From: the human T2T-CHM13v2.0 reference genome, Homo sapiens
DNA length: 64,000 bases
Reading direction: 5' to 3' (one strand)
Assembly (NCBI RefSeq): GCF_009914755.1
Contig: NC_060940.1
In this document: positions 39,551-57,598 of the stretch, in pieces
How the letters are laid out: the number at the start of each line of letters is the position of its first letter
How positions within the stretch are numbered: position 1 is the stretch's first letter
Notes under the pieces: model-generated
Told to the model about the DNA's origin: nothing
Database searches by the model: none
Seen by the model: only the letters and a program-made list of their open reading frames with translations
Made by a program: the position numbers and the translations under genes

Positions 39551-41661
39551 GCAAGGGTGCAAAGGCCTCTCAGTGTGAGCCCCAGAGCAGGACTGGCTTT
39601 CCTCACCATGGCAATGCACAGGCCTGGAAGGGGGAGGGCGGGGCTTGGGGGTTACATTTGCTGCTCCGTAGGATTTCAGCAGCTTTTGCATTATGGCGGA
39701 AACATGCCCTCCCACCCCCACCACCCCACCCCCTTCAGATGGTTATTTTCTGCACACGCATGTGTATGTTGATGGTGGTCATATTTGCACAGATAACTCT
39801 GTTAGAAAAAGGTGGTTTCGCTCCTGTGTATTGCCATCAAACTCACAAACTTGCCTGCTTTCTAATCCTTGACAAAAAGAGTGACCATTGGTTGAACACC
39901 CCAGTACGAATGGTCTTTACAAAATGATGTGCTCCGACGGTGCGGGTCCTGGGGAGGGTGTTGCTGTGCAGGACAGAGTCAACTCGCTGGTGGTTTTGAG
40001 GCTGTGTGTTCCTAGGTCCTGGTGAAGACCCTTTCTGTTCAGGAGATGGCTGTCACCTCTGGATCATTGAAGAATCTGGGTGATCTTCCCATTTCATAAA
40101 ACAGAAGCTGGGAAGTTGACAGTGAGAACCATAAACAGAGCTCACTGTGTAGAAAGATAATACTAATTTTTCAAAACCACAGCGCACTGTCCTATGAGAA
40201 ACCTGCATGCGTTCCCTTTGTCAAGGCCAGGCCCTGCAGATCTCTGACCCGACTGAGCCTGGGGCACCCCCAGAGTGAGGTGCTTTACACAGAGGGGGAC
40301 AGAAGGGCATGTGCTCCCGTGGGCTTTCTGTTGACCCCTCAGAGGCACCTTGGGAGAAGGGCTGCAGACCCTCCGAAACTGGTTTATGTCAGAGTTTCTT
40401 AGTTGGAAAGTTTCATCTTAAAGATCAGCACGAGGTTTTCTCAGGTAGTCCTGCAGCATCGCTCGTCTGTAAGTATGAAATTGCTGCTCTGGAAAAGAGC
40501 CAAAGGAATGCGCAGCTTTTAAATCCACAGTTGTGGCCTTGCGCTCACTCCACTGGGGTAATGAGGCTGCGGCGGGCGCAGTGCAGGTCAGTTCTCCGCG
40601 CCTTTGTCCCCCGTGGTTCTCACGGTCACGGGGGCAGCAGAGGACAGGGCTCATAGCTGGCGGTCCGTCTTAGTTTTCTGCAACATAGTGGTTTATGGTT
40701 CTGCTGGTAGTGGAACTGTATCATAGTTGAAACGCTGCTGGACGTTTAATTCCTAGGAAAAGTAAGGCACGTCACCTTCGATATTCCCTTGTTCCTGTCT
40801 CTACCCCTGAACAAAATCCACTTGGAATTTTAAAGATAGAACCAGGCTTTTACACTGTATCACTGCAGTGCTTCTGTTTGTGATTGTAGACAGAATTCTC
40901 CCAACTCTACTGTGGGGACAGAGATTCCAGCTTTTCTCAGCAGGCATGGAGGCCCATTGGCTCCAGCACAGATCTGAGTTCAGGAAGGACTCAGGGCTGA
41001 TGTCGGAGGAGTTGCTGTCTGGATTTCTCTGAACAAGATTCCGTTCTGGTGTCTCTCGTTCCTCCGTCACTGCTGCCGCCCCACGTGCCTTTGCACTGCA
41101 AGCAGGGTCGCAACTGCTGCTCATTCCCGCCTCTTCCGTGGCCCCTCCGAGTTCCCACTGTCTCTAAGTGGCCTCACCGCAGAATGAATAAAGCTGCCGT
41201 ACTACCACTTTTTATGTGAAACAAATAATAATTTATAAATCACCTGTTTTTTTTTCCCCTTGTGAACTCTCATACGCTCCTGATTCCTATTATCGGTCAC
41301 ATTTCTGGGACCTCAAATCAAAGATGGCTTCAGGAGAGGCCGGTGCTGCACTCAGGGTAACGGGCGGAATCTTGGTACATGGCCCCTGCTTCTCTTGGGA
41401 AGGAAACTGCTGTGTGATTTAAAGAAACCACTGTGTTCAACTGAAGCTGCCTTTTCTGGTAAATCTGTGTAGTGAACCCCCTCGTTTTCCATTTGTGGAA
41501 ATTCTTTTTTTTTTCCATCATTTGGCCAGTTCTCATTCCTGCTGAGCTACACCCTACTCATGCAGGCTTTGTCCTCCGGGCTGGCCACACGTTTGGGAGA
41601 CAGAAGGATGTTTCAGAAAGCACAGAGAAGCCCACTCGCCTCGATGTTGTTGACTGGGCTA

Positions 41662-41923
41662 AGAAGCCCCGAGCCGTGGGGGGGGTCACACAGCCCATTT
41701 GCTCTCCTCCCCGTCCCAGTGCCTACAGAAGCCCCGAGCCGTGGGGGGGGGTCACACGGCTCATTCACTCTCCTCCCCGTCCCCGTGCCTACAGAAGCCC
41801 TGAGCCGTGGGGGCGGTCACATGGCCCATTCGCTCTCCTCCCCATCCCCATTGCCTACAGAAGCCCCGAGCAGTGTGGGGGTCACACGGCCCATTCCCTC
41901 TCCTCCCCACCCCCATGCCCACA
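41662..41923. repeat. 65/66-bp minisatellite, 4 copies
   Basis: agaagccccgagccgtgggggg(g)tcacacggcccattcgctctcctccccgtcccc(a/g)tgcctac at 41662, 41727, 41793, 41859. Confidence 0.92.
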
Positions 41924-43226
41924 GGAGGATAGTGCATGCAGGTCTAGGGCTCTCTCTTCTCCAGCCAGACTTGATCTCAGAAGCATCCTTCATGTGACAC
42001 TGCAGATGGCTCAGCTCCCCGTCCTGTCCCAGAGGCCCTTGGCCTGCCCTGGTGTGAGCACTGGCTTGATTGATGGGAGACCCTGCAGCCCACGCTTGTT
42101 CCAGGTAGTTGGGGGAAGGCGAGGAACAGCACCCCAACCGGAGTAAGAGAACACAAAGAAATGGACGCGGCTGCTTTAAGTTCCTAGATCACTGAGGATT
42201 GGCTTAGTATTCCCTTCTGATTCCCTAGTTCCAACTGTCATTTAGGAGTGGTTATGTGGCAATAGACTCAGAATCTGACAGAGCAGCTAGAAATCCTCTT
42301 GGGAGGGTGGCCAGGCCTCCCCTCTTCCGGCCGTCCATTTTCCATCCTGGGGCCGGGGCCTGTGCCCTGCGCCCTGTGCCCCACATCCTGCACACCACCC
42401 CCTTTCCTTGTGCTGGGCTCACACTTGTTGCTGTTCTCCTCCTATTCCACTTCTGAGATGATTGTTGCTATTACTTCTTGTAGTTAATTGATTATTTTCA
42501 GAATTAGTGGACAGCTTCTCTGAAAATAGCCTCCATTCTTAGTTCCACGGAGGGAGGGATGTACGCTGTGCTTGTGGATTGCTGCTGGGGCGACGGGTTT
42601 GAGGCCACGTCTGCGGCCAGCAGCAATGTCAGTTCCAGGAGGGCCTTGGTGGCTGCGGTGCTGGGAAGCGCCATTGTGCTGCGTTGGTGTGACCCTGTGG
42701 CACCTGCTGCCAGGGGACCATTCTTTTTGAGTCATGTTTTCTTCAAATTAAATATTGAGAGATTCTAGTGACATCCCACAGTTGCCATTTGCTGTCTGAG
42801 TAGAAAATATGAAGAATCGCCTGATTTGAAGCTATGTGGTCAGTTTCATGTCCATAGCAGCCTTGCTTTTCTTCCTTGCTGAGAGATGGACTGCCCCGTC
42901 TCACGCTCTTTCTGCTGTTATGTCTCTGTCCGCTCTGATACTGAGGTTCCAGGAGGGCTGCCTTGGCCTCCTTTCCCTGTAGCCCACGACACCCGCATCC
43001 TCTGGCTTCTTTGCTGACAGTTGTGGTGTGCGCTTACATCTGGTGCTGGGTTGCAGGCAGGGTGGGACTCACAGCTGTTCGTTGACTCTGGGAGGGCTCC
43101 CCTGGCTGAGGCTGTCTGCTGACAGGTGCTCTGCAGGTGAGCATGAGCCTGCACTAAGGAATGCTGATTAGAGTCCATTTCAGGCCCTGTTGGGCACACT
43201 GGGAGTGCGCAAGAACCACAGAGCCT

Positions 43227-43345
43227 GAGAGACACAGTAGGAGGGTGGGAGATGCAGTAGGAGGGTGAGAGACGCAGTAGGAGCATGGGAGACACTGTAG
43301 GAGGGTGGGAGACACAGTAGGAGGGTGAGAGACACAGTAGGAGAG
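43227..43345. repeat. 20-bp tandem, ~6 copies
   Basis: gagacacagtaggagggtg(g/a). Confidence 0.9.
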
Positions 43346-43974
43346 GTCGGGAGAGCCACCTGCACCAAGGCCTCAGGACAGCGAATGGCACAGCCATGGG
43401 GAGGGTGACTGCCTGTGCAAGGCCGGAGGCCATGGGCACCCAGGTCCAGTGAGGTCGGACGGAGCCCCCGGTGCTCAGCCTCCTGTGACCAGTGTTGGGG
43501 GGTAGCAGTAGCGGACAGTGCATCCCAAATGTGGGCAAGAAGTTTGGAAAGATTGGCAGAGCACCAGAGGCTTCATAAAGAGCCATTTGGGAAGACAAGG
43601 TTCGGGGGATGGTGGTGGGTGCGCAGGTGTGGGGACGCACTGGCTGCATGGTGCCCGCTTCCTCCTCCCCGAGCCGTGCTCTCCAGCGCTGTGTCTCAGC
43701 CTCCCCTCCAGGAGCGCTCACTTCCTCTCAGCTCTGGGCCCCTGTGGCCTCTGCTTTGCCAGCTGCCCAGCCGTGATGACTAGTTTCCACTCCAGTGCTA
43801 TCTCTGTCTTTATTGTTCTTTTTGACCTCTAAGTGCACATGCTGTCGTGCCTCAGTGTTCCAGCATTGCTGACTGGGAGAGGGAAGAAGAGGTGAGGGAG
43901 AGGGAAGAAGAGGTGAAGGGCTTTCTTAGAACACTGACATTGAAATTGCAGCTGAATCTTTAAAAAAAATGTTT

Positions 43975-44271
<297 letters not shown>

Positions 44272-45587
44272 TCAATGGTTTTTCAAAAAATTAAAATACT
44301 TAAAAAATTATTTGGAACCACTTTGGCTGGTTTCAAAGGTTGTGTATTATCTTTCCTCCTGAATAACAACTTTACATAAGAGTGGGCATTGAGGTCACTG
44401 TGGGAGGTGCCTAAGTTAGAGTCTCAGTCTCGGGCTTTGTAGAGCAGAGCCCCTGTGTGTGTGTGGACGTGTGCTGCCCTCCTCGCCTCCTGCCCTCCAC
44501 CGCGTCCTCATCATGCACCTAATCTGCTGCCTTCCAGGGAAGCCAAATAGCCACTGCTGTTGGAGTTGAAATTAAAATGCAGTGGCTGGTTCTGGTCATG
44601 GCTCCAGGCATGGGTAGCTCCTTCGGGTGAGCTACGTAGAGCTGAGCCTGGGTCTTTGGCTGTTTAGATGCATTTGTGGCTGTGTTCTGGGTGCTTCTTC
44701 GTTGAGAGTGGAGTTGTGGAGAAATGGCTCCTTCATCAGCTGACTACACTGTGCTGATTTCTTTTGTCCCTGCCTCACTGGGGGTGTGAGGCATCCGGGC
44801 AGCATTTTCCTTTACTGGACAATCCCCTAGTGTTGGCTTTGTTGCTCAGTGAGTATTTGAAATTAATTATTTGCTGCCCTGGGCATGAAGATCAAATGAT
44901 ATCATAGCAGAAATTTGGAATGATTTAAGTAGAGGTGTTATTGTATTGCCCATATGGTTAACTTAAGGGATTGCAGAATTGGTTTGAGTAGAGGACAGGC
45001 CTTGTATGGTAAATTAGACCAGAATCAGGGGCATCTGGAATTCCCTGAAATTCCCTGGAGCAGGGAGAGGCAGTCTGGTGTGCCAGCGATTCACAGAGCG
45101 AGAGAGTACATTCAAACAGATGGTGCCAGGAGTGTAAAATAATGTATTGTCTAAGGAATTTCAATTTTCAGTTAGTGGTAAGGATAATAAAATCTTTAAT
45201 TTGGTGCAGATTTTCAGAAGATTCTGAAAAACAAAAAAAGCCCTTAAAAATTAAGAGTTGTAAGGATTGAAATTTGCAGGGAGGTGGATGACTTTATTTT
45301 TGAGTGCATTTTAAATGAAAATTGATGGGTTTTTTATGAGGTCATGGGAACTTTTGCATAAGGTGGATAGACCAGTTGGCCACTTCAGGGGGCTGACAGG
45401 GGAACCGCTGGTTGGTCATACCTGCATCTTGGTGCAGCTGCTTTGCTGCCGTGGGTACCCTGAGCCAGTGCTGCATGACCTGGGCAGACTCCCTATAAAG
45501 GCGAACTCGCATTCTGCGGCGATGCTGCCTCTGGAGTGATGAGTGCATGCGAGCTGCATGGCTGGACTCTACCAGCATCTGCGCAAG

Positions 45588-45780
45588 CCACAGCAGGAAG
45601 CAGCTTTCCATCGCGGTTCTAGAACCCTCCTCTCTCACTCATGCGTGTGCACACACACAGTCGGAACAGGTCCACAGGACAACAGGCTACAGCGAGAAGG
45701 CAGCTTTCCATTGTGGTTCCAGAGCCCTCCTCCCTCGCTCACATGTGTACACTTACACGGTCCGAACAGGTCCACAGAAT
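45588..45780. repeat. 100-bp diverged direct duplication
   Basis: cagctttccat...ggtt...ccctcct...aacaggtccacag at 45601 and 45701. Confidence 0.85.
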
Positions 45781-46052
45781 GGTATTACTGTGTGCTGATT
45801 GCACTAATATTTTTTATTCTGTTTTCTGTTCTGCTTTTCGTTTCTCTCCCTTTTTGTCTCTTTGAAAACTGGCTATGACACATTGCATTGATTTTGCAAC
45901 CCACACTTCGAAAAATACTGGAATAGATGATCGCTAATGTCTCTTTCTTAAGAGTTTGTAGTTCTAAAAGTTGTAATTGCGTAGCTGGGACTATAGGTGT
46001 GCACCACTGCATCTGTGTAATTAAGTAATTTTTAAAAATTTACAACTATATA

Positions 46053-46377
<325 letters not shown>

Positions 46378-46517
46378 TTAATATTCTTCCTCTCATATTT
46401 TGATAAATCAAAAGATAATTGTTCTTGAATTGGGAAGCTTTTTAAAAAATCACATTCAATCTAAGAAAAATGATTATAAATGTGCTAGTTAAAAAAATGT
46501 TTAGCGTGCTTCTCAGG

Positions 46518-46718
46518 GCTTTTCATCTAGATCAGGAAAATTAGGATTATCCATGTCACTTGGGCATTAGAGTGAAGTTTCCCTGCTTTTCATCTAGATC
46601 AGGAAAATTAGGATTATCCGTGTCACTTGGGCATTAGAGTGAAGTTTCCCTGCTTTTCATCTAGATCAGGAAAATTAGGATTATCCGTGTCACTTGGGCA
46701 TTAGAATGAAGTTTTCCT
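46518..46718. repeat. 67-bp near-identical tandem x3
   Basis: gcttttcatctagatcaggaaaattaggattatcc(a/g)tgtcacttgggcattagagtgaagtttccct at 46518, 46585, 46652. Confidence 0.95.
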
Positions 46719-47717
46719 GAGAACTGCAGTCAGGTTTTTGGCATGGCTGACCTTCTGTTGGTCATATGGTGGGCATGGAATGGAAGATGGCTCGATGTTT
46801 GCCGCGGCTGTCCATGCCCCTCTACGCCATCCACAAGCCTCTGACCGAGTTGTCCATGCATGCATTTGAGCGTTTCTTGCAGGAGAGGCCGGGGCCAAAG
46901 GAACGCTTCAGTTGCAGCTGGGCTGTGCCAAGGGGCCTCAGCAGGAGCAACCCTTGGGGGCCAGAGCCCAGGCTCTTCCAGCAACAGGAAGGACCTTTCT
47001 TCCCTCTGCAGCACCTGTCGAACATAACATGCTGGACTCCCTTGTTCATTCCCGGCAGAGAAGCGCTCCCCTCACCCCCCACAGAGCCCTGCTATGCCGG
47101 GCACTCAGACCAGCCAGGGGTGGGGGAGCCTGTGAGTAAAGTGGAGAATTGGAGGTGTGGTGCCACCCTGACCACAGCACCTTTCTTCTCCCTGAGGCCA
47201 CCTCCTCAAATACTCTTCTTGGCCACAGATGAGGGCCCAGCTGTGGTTGGCAGATCTTTTGGGAGATAACTGGATGTGTGGGGTTGAGAGAGTTGCCATG
47301 GGTCCCAGTCTCAGGGCGGCCGCTCCCTCAGTGTCTGTCATCTTGGGATGCAGCAGTGTCGCTTCCTCGTGCTTCAGTGCCCTCTTCACTGCAGTGGGAT
47401 GGCAGCAGCACCTGCTCAGGAAGTTGGTGGGTTTTGCTGGGTGCACACGGCCCACCTGACACTCACCAGCCTCTGGGCTGCCCTTGGCAGGTGCCGTCCA
47501 CACTCCAGCACTCAGGGAAGGGTGGTGCAAATCCTGAAAAAATGACCACACAGACACTGGCACCCAGGTGGTGAGTAGGCAGGCTGTGGTCTGCAGACAG
47601 AAGCTTTACCCTGTATACGTACAAGGAGTAACAGCTGCTCATTTGAGTGAAGTCACTGGACTGCGGCCCTTAGAGCCTCCTGACGCGGAGGTGGGCCTTT
47701 CACTTCTGCCTTTTGCA

Positions 47718-47720
47718 TGT

Positions 47721-47755
<35 letters not shown>
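47718..47755. repeat. (TG)n microsatellite
   Basis: Direct reading. Confidence 0.95.
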
Positions 47756-47988
47756 ATTTTAGAGATACTGTTTTAAAACTGTGTACTCAAAGCATTAGTT
47801 AATTAACTAGGAAGTTTTGTCTTGTGAAAATGATGACCAGGACTGAACCTTTTAAAACAGATCATCTGAACCTCATCGCTGTAAAGCAATCTGGACTACA
47901 AAGTTCATTCTTTCCGTGAATTAAATGGTTTGGTAAAGAAATACTGAGCGTAACATGGACGTGCTCTAGTGATCTTAGGGAGCTGTGA

Positions 47989-48350
<362 letters not shown>

Positions 48351-48352
48351 TT

Positions 48353-48646
48353 GGTACTTGTGATATTTTGATACATGCCTAGAATGTGTAATGACTTTGA
48401 ACAGATGTTTGCTTTTTTTTTTCTTTCTTTGAGCAGTCTCCCGGGGCTAGGGTAAGTTCAGAGAGGCTCCTAGATCTTTGTTTCTTGTTTATTTCACCAG
48501 TTAGTCATTTTCAGAAATGAATCAAAGATCTAGGAGCCTGAGCCTACTCTAGCCCCCAGAGACTGCCCAAAGAAAGAAAAAAAGAAGCAAAGATCTGTTG
48601 AAAGTCATTACACATTCTAGGCATGTATCAAAGTACCACAGGTACC
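48353..48646. repeat. Long inverted repeat: arms 48353-48480 and 48523-48646, 42-bp spacer
   Basis: The left arm ...tttgatacatgcctagaatgtgtaatgacttt...ggctcctagatctttg is the reverse complement of caaagatctaggagcc...aaagtcattacacattctaggcatgtatcaaa. Confidence 0.93.
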
Positions 48647-48706
48647 CTATAAATATGTACAAATATTATGTATCAATAAAATAATTTTAATAATTTTTTT
48701 TAAAAA
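48601..48706 (+). mobile_element. Severely 5'-truncated L1MA insertion with TSD
   Basis: cattacacattctaggcatgtatcaaagtaccacaggtaccctataaatatgtacaaatattatgtatcaataaa = L1MA 3' end; TSD aaagatctgttg at 48589-48600 and 48707-48718. Confidence 0.8.
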
Positions 48707-48719
48707 AAAGATCTGTTGG

Positions 48720-48939
<220 letters not shown>

Positions 48940-49299
48940 TCAGGGACTACTTCAGTCCTCATAGAAATCACTGCCAATGGCTTTGGCCACCTCCTGTGTC
49001 CTGGATTATGTCTCTGCAGCTTCCCATCTCCCGGACGCCTCCTTGAGTCCCTGTGTATGAGTGATTTAGTGTTACAGGCTGGGTGAGGAGCTTTGCAGGG
49101 ATTTAGCTTTTCTCAGGGCCACCTGCCCTCAGGCTTCCTGGGCCCTCATACTTCTTCTTGTTTATATCTTATCTGCCTTTGGGGGAATGACCTTAGAGGA
49201 ATTGGTGTGAGTAAGCCATGAGGTTCTTGGTCCACCTCCATCCAGCCAAGGGCAGCTGGCAGCTGGGCACTTACATCCAGCAAGGCAGAAGCAACCCTG

Positions 49300-49480
49300 G
49301 CTTTGAAGTCAGACTGCTAGGGTGAGTCTGAATGGCCTCGGGGAAAGTTCCCTCTGAGCCTTCGTTTTTTTCACTTGTGAAGGCGATAGTCTCGCCTAGC
49401 TTGAGGGTTTGTCAGGGGGATTCAGTGAGAACCTCATTTGAAGCAGCTGCTTTAGTTCCTAACACCTAATAAATGTTTAA
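49300..49480 (+). mobile_element. MIR
   Basis: ctttgaagtcagac...ccctctgagccttcgttttttcacttgtgaa...ggattcagtgaga. Confidence 0.7.
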
Positions 49481-49830
49481 CCACTTACCCTCCTCTCCCA
49501 CCACCCTTTCAACTTTGAACCTCTTCCTCCATGTCATCCCTTCTTAAGGTGCTGACCTTTTGGCCACAAAGAATGGCTCTTTTTGTTCCCATCAGGACTA
49601 GAATTCTTATCTTTTTGTTGCTTGGCCCTGGTAATCAAAGAACCACCAACACATTTGCAAGGCATCTCCAGCCTTCTCGTTCTGGCCGCCCCTCTCTGTC
49701 TTAGGGAGAGTGCTATACTGGCATGGTGATGAGATGAACGAAAGGGCAGTCTCTGGCTGTTTTCTGCTGATGAGGATGTGCTGAGCAGCCTCCTGCAAAT
49801 GAGAAGCAGGGAAAAGACCAAACTAGCTTA

Positions 49831-50064
<234 letters not shown>

Positions 50065-50114
50065 TCATCGTCATACCATATTCAGTTTTCTGTATATCCC
50101 ACGATGTAGCATGC

Positions 50115-50220
50115 TTTTTTGAAAGCAGGACACCGTGTTTGTTTACTTTCTCTTGACGCCTAGCATAGTGTCTGCCACTACACAGGTTGTTCAATAAAAT
50201 TATGTTCACTAAACAAATAC
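50115..50220 (+). mobile_element. L2 3' end
   Basis: gaaagcaggacaccgtg...gcctagcatagtgtctgcc...ttcaataaaattatgttcactaaacaaat. Confidence 0.65.
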
Positions 50221-50528
50221 ATCTTGGTTGGAAGGAAGGGCATTATTCATTGCGTGCAGTACTGTATTTCATGGTTCCCGAGGTACCATATACCAGGATC
50301 ACTACAGCTTGCTACAGGGAAAGTGATTAATTTTTAAGGAACAAAGCAAAAATTAATGAAAAGCGACCCAGAGCTCTACACAGACTTGGCTTGCTGTCTT
50401 TGTAGCCACTGGAAACCCAAGTAGCCAGTACAGAATACAGTATGGAAAAATGAATTATTTTCCATTCCACTTGGGAAAGGAGAAAGAACCACTGCTGTTA
50501 TTGGCGTTTGATGCATTTGATGGCATGA

Positions 50529-50836
<308 letters not shown>

Positions 50837-50959
50837 GGAATTTGATGTTCTTTTAATCACTGATATATCATCATCAGGTTATAGATTGGCAGTCAATTAC
50901 AAGGTGATCGGGGCCATTCAGAATATACCAGAGACACAGTTACTGTTGCTGAGCTGCCT

Positions 50960-51930
50960 GTAAAATTGAAGTCTAATCTTCCCTGTCTGTTCGGCAGCCT
51001 TGGGCATCGAGGATCTTCTGACTTTGAAACACTGGCTTCCCTTGCTTTCTGTGATGCCATAGCCTATTGGCACACTTTCTTCTTTTCTGATCCTTGTTGG
51101 CATATCACTTCCATACCCTCAAATATTATTCATCCTTGGATTCATTGTTGGCTCTTGTTTCTATGCATACTGTTTGGATTCCTTGGTGAAGTTGCTCTGT
51201 ATGTGCCTGTTATTCTTAGTCATACCCACAGCCCAGAGCACTTCCTCGAACTCTGTCTCATGAATGTCTCTATTTGGTGTACAGCACGGGCTTGTCAGTC
51301 TCCAAAACTGAATTCTGATCTTCATCCATATGTGTTCCTGTGTTTCTTGCTTAGTAAATGGCTCTGCCCTTTACCCAGGTCCCCTGGACAGCTCTTGGGC
51401 TTCCTCCCAGCCTTCTCCTTCTCCCTTTCCTCTGCCCCAAAACCAGTCCCACAAAGAGCACTGTTTTCTGTCTCTCACATGGGTCCCTGAGCCACGCGCG
51501 GTTCCTCCATCGTCAGTGAGTTCTCTTCTTTCTCCCCGACTTGTGTTTTCCTGCCTTCAGTCTTGATCAGCTCTGACGCACTTTGCATATCACGGAGTGG
51601 TCTTCTTTAATTACCATCCCACTCCCCCACTTATTCCCCATAACCCCACTAACTTAAAGCTCTTCCGTGGGTCTCTTGTAGAATTGGGACAAAGTATCGA
51701 GTGCTTGATATGGCTTCTTGGGCTCTCTTCCCTGCTGGCTGTGTCTGTCTCTGTTCTACCTCTTATGCCGTGCCGTACGCCAGGGCTGACAGGCAGCGGC
51801 AGGTCCAACATCACAACTCTTTCATCCAGTTTGCAAATAAATGATGGCCTGAGTCCCACAAGCTCCCCTCCTGCCACACCCCTGCCTTGGGACTCTTGAG
51901 ACCTCTCCATAATTCAGCAGCTAAAGCACT
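50960..51930 (+). mobile_element. Degenerate L2 body
   Basis: ctttgaaacactggcttcccttgctttctgtgatgcc; tctccaaaactgaattctgatctt; cttagtaaatggc... Confidence 0.6.
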
Positions 51931-52018
51931 AATGCCAGATCCTGTGTGGGGCAGGGCCTTCAGTGCCACTGCCTGTGCTTTGCTTGGTGCCTCTCAGTAA
52001 TTTAGATGATTCAGTTCT

Positions 52019-52330
52019 GTTTTTTTTTTGTTTTTTTTTTTTTTTTTTTGAGACAGTGTCTTGCTCTGTTGCCCAGGCTAGAGTGCAGTGGTGTGATCTC
52101 GGCTCATTGTAGCCTCTGCCTTCTGGGTTCAAGTGATTCTCATGTCTTGGCCTCCTGAGTAGCTGGCACTACAGGTGTGTACCACCATGCTGCCTAATTT
52201 TTGTATTTTTGGTAGAGATGGGGTTTCCTCATGTTGGCTAGGCTGGTCTCGAACTCCTGGCCTCATGTGATCCACCTGCCTCAGCCTCCCAAAGTGCTGG
52301 GATTACAGGCGTTAGCCGCTGTTCCTGGCC
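52019..52330 (-). mobile_element. AluS
   Basis: Antisense Alu with T-tail. Confidence 0.93.
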
Positions 52331-52482
52331 CAATCCTGTATTTTGAACAGCTCTCCTGGTTTCTATTGTCTTGAAACTCTTCAAGTCTGGCAGTTCTTTC
52401 CCTTCTGCTACCTTCCTTCCTTCCCCAGCTCTCACCCAAGCTCCTACTGGCCAAACTTCTATTCTCTCTTAAAAAAAAATAT

Positions 52483-54440
<1,958 letters not shown>

Positions 54441-54454
54441 CTCTTCTCTCTTGA

Positions 54455-54872
<418 letters not shown>

Positions 54873-55718
54873 CATCCTTGTAGCTCTAGTGTCTTGCAAG
54901 GTACCTGGCCACCTGCACAGTAGAGGCCACCAAAGGACTGCATTCAAAATAACCACTTGAAGACCCTGACTTCAGAACATGCTGCTCATTTTCCCGGGAA
55001 GCCAAACCCCTACTCTCAGTGGTCTGTATGCATCTTTAGTCAGTGGGAAGCGGTGATAATATACCCACAACTGTAAAGTGAGAGAGACCGACTTCCTTAA
55101 TCTTCAGTGGGGATTTTTGAAAATGGTTGATTGCACTCAAAGCAGAATTTGTATTTTGCTTCATTGGGTCACCTTGGGCAACAATTTCATTTCTGTAGAA
55201 AATTAATTTTGGAGGAAGCTGCATGTGCCAGGGGAGCCCTGGGTCCATCCTTTTGATGGTGAGGGGAAGTCCAGTTCCTCACTCGCCCATCCCTGCTTTT
55301 GGTTCCCTGTTGGTGATTTTCTTTTGTATTCATGCACGTGCAAATCAGCTGCTTTTGGTAAGGGAAGCCTTGGAAGGATGTCTGCTAAAGGTGCAGAGAA
55401 AATGCAGAGCTCCGTTCAAGGTGAAAAAAGTGGTTGACAACTGGCAGAAAGAAGCTGGCCTTAAGGAGGAAGTCAGAAGCCAGGGTGCTGTACCCCTTGG
55501 GCTGTGTGTTATCCTGGGTCACTGGATCATGGGGATGTCCACAGGGTCCCTCGAGGGTGGGTTCTTGACACCCAGGGTGGCAGGGACCTGGGCCAGTGGC
55601 TATTTACTAAGGGGTATGAATGTGTCCCAGCATGTTAAGATCTAGTGGAGCTGGACTGATACCTATTGGCCGAATGTGACCTCTGCCTGTTTCAAAGGTG
55701 TTTAATCCTGATGTCTCA

Positions 55719-56036
<318 letters not shown>

Positions 56037-56187
56037 TCAGTTTTTAGATCACAGTTATCCAGCCTGAGTTCCGTGGGTCCTTTGCTTTGCTCCTTTCAGA
56101 ATGTAAATGACTCTTCAGCTCATGATGGCGTATGCCCCTAAAAGGAAGTGAGATACAAGTTTTAGAAGTCCTTCTTAGAAATTTCCC

Positions 56188-56396
<209 letters not shown>

Positions 56397-57042
56397 TAAA
56401 CTCTTGTAGGATGCGGGTGTGTTATGCTGAGCCCTGGTTCTGGAAGGCAGTCTTGTGGCTAGTTGGAAGTTGGTAGAGTGACAGAGCTCAGCCCCTTTTT
56501 GGCACTCTGCTCTGCCAATCCATTTGTGCCTTGCAGTCAGGCTGGTTCAGTTTGGGATGTGACAGATTTGGGAGCACTTGTATTCACTGAGTTCTCAGGC
56601 TGGCACATGAGTGAACTTGGTTTACCTTTGTTCCTGGCATGGCTGATACCATGTGTGGCTGATTCTGTTAGAGTGTGCCCTCAGATTCATCCCTCTGTCT
56701 TCTTTGGCTTTGATAGAACCCAGATTTTGCTTGAGGCTGTGGTATGTACTCCTTTATCTCGGTGAGGGATTAAGCCAGTTTTGAGTTTTGTTCTTTGCTT
56801 TCTCTGCTCCCTTGTGATTTTCTGGGATTACTTGTTCTTTCCTGATAAAAGGGGCGATAAAGCTGGCTTCATCCCATTCCCTTTCTTCCTGCTCAATTGT
56901 AAATGAGATGCCCAGAGTTAGGACAGTCCTCTGGGACAGCGAGGTCAAAAGGTTGGAGGTTTTGGCCTGACATAGCCTTTGTATCACTGGCCTATTTCCA
57001 GACTAGCCCAGCTCCATGGGGTTGGATTTTCTTTGTGTGTGG

Positions 57043-57598
<556 letters not shown>

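Noticed and set aside
43126-43142. gacag|gtgctctgcag|gtgagc resembling the start of a later BANP exon (VLQG...)
   Set aside because: Only an 11-nt chance similarity; no continuing BANP coding match.
41472-43721. 224-aa (+) and 267-aa (-) ORFs
   Set aside because: Lengthened by the 65-bp and 20-bp tandem repeats in GC-rich intron; no recognisable domain.
47491-47576. Cryptic 80-nt exon (ttggcag|...gtg|gtgagt)
   Set aside because: No homology to BANP or SNX29 and a weak pyrimidine tract; unsupported without RNA data.
48353-48646. Known microRNA gene
   Set aside because: I do not recognise it as an annotated pre-miRNA; the arms are longer than typical and partly L1-derived. Kept only as an inverted repeat.
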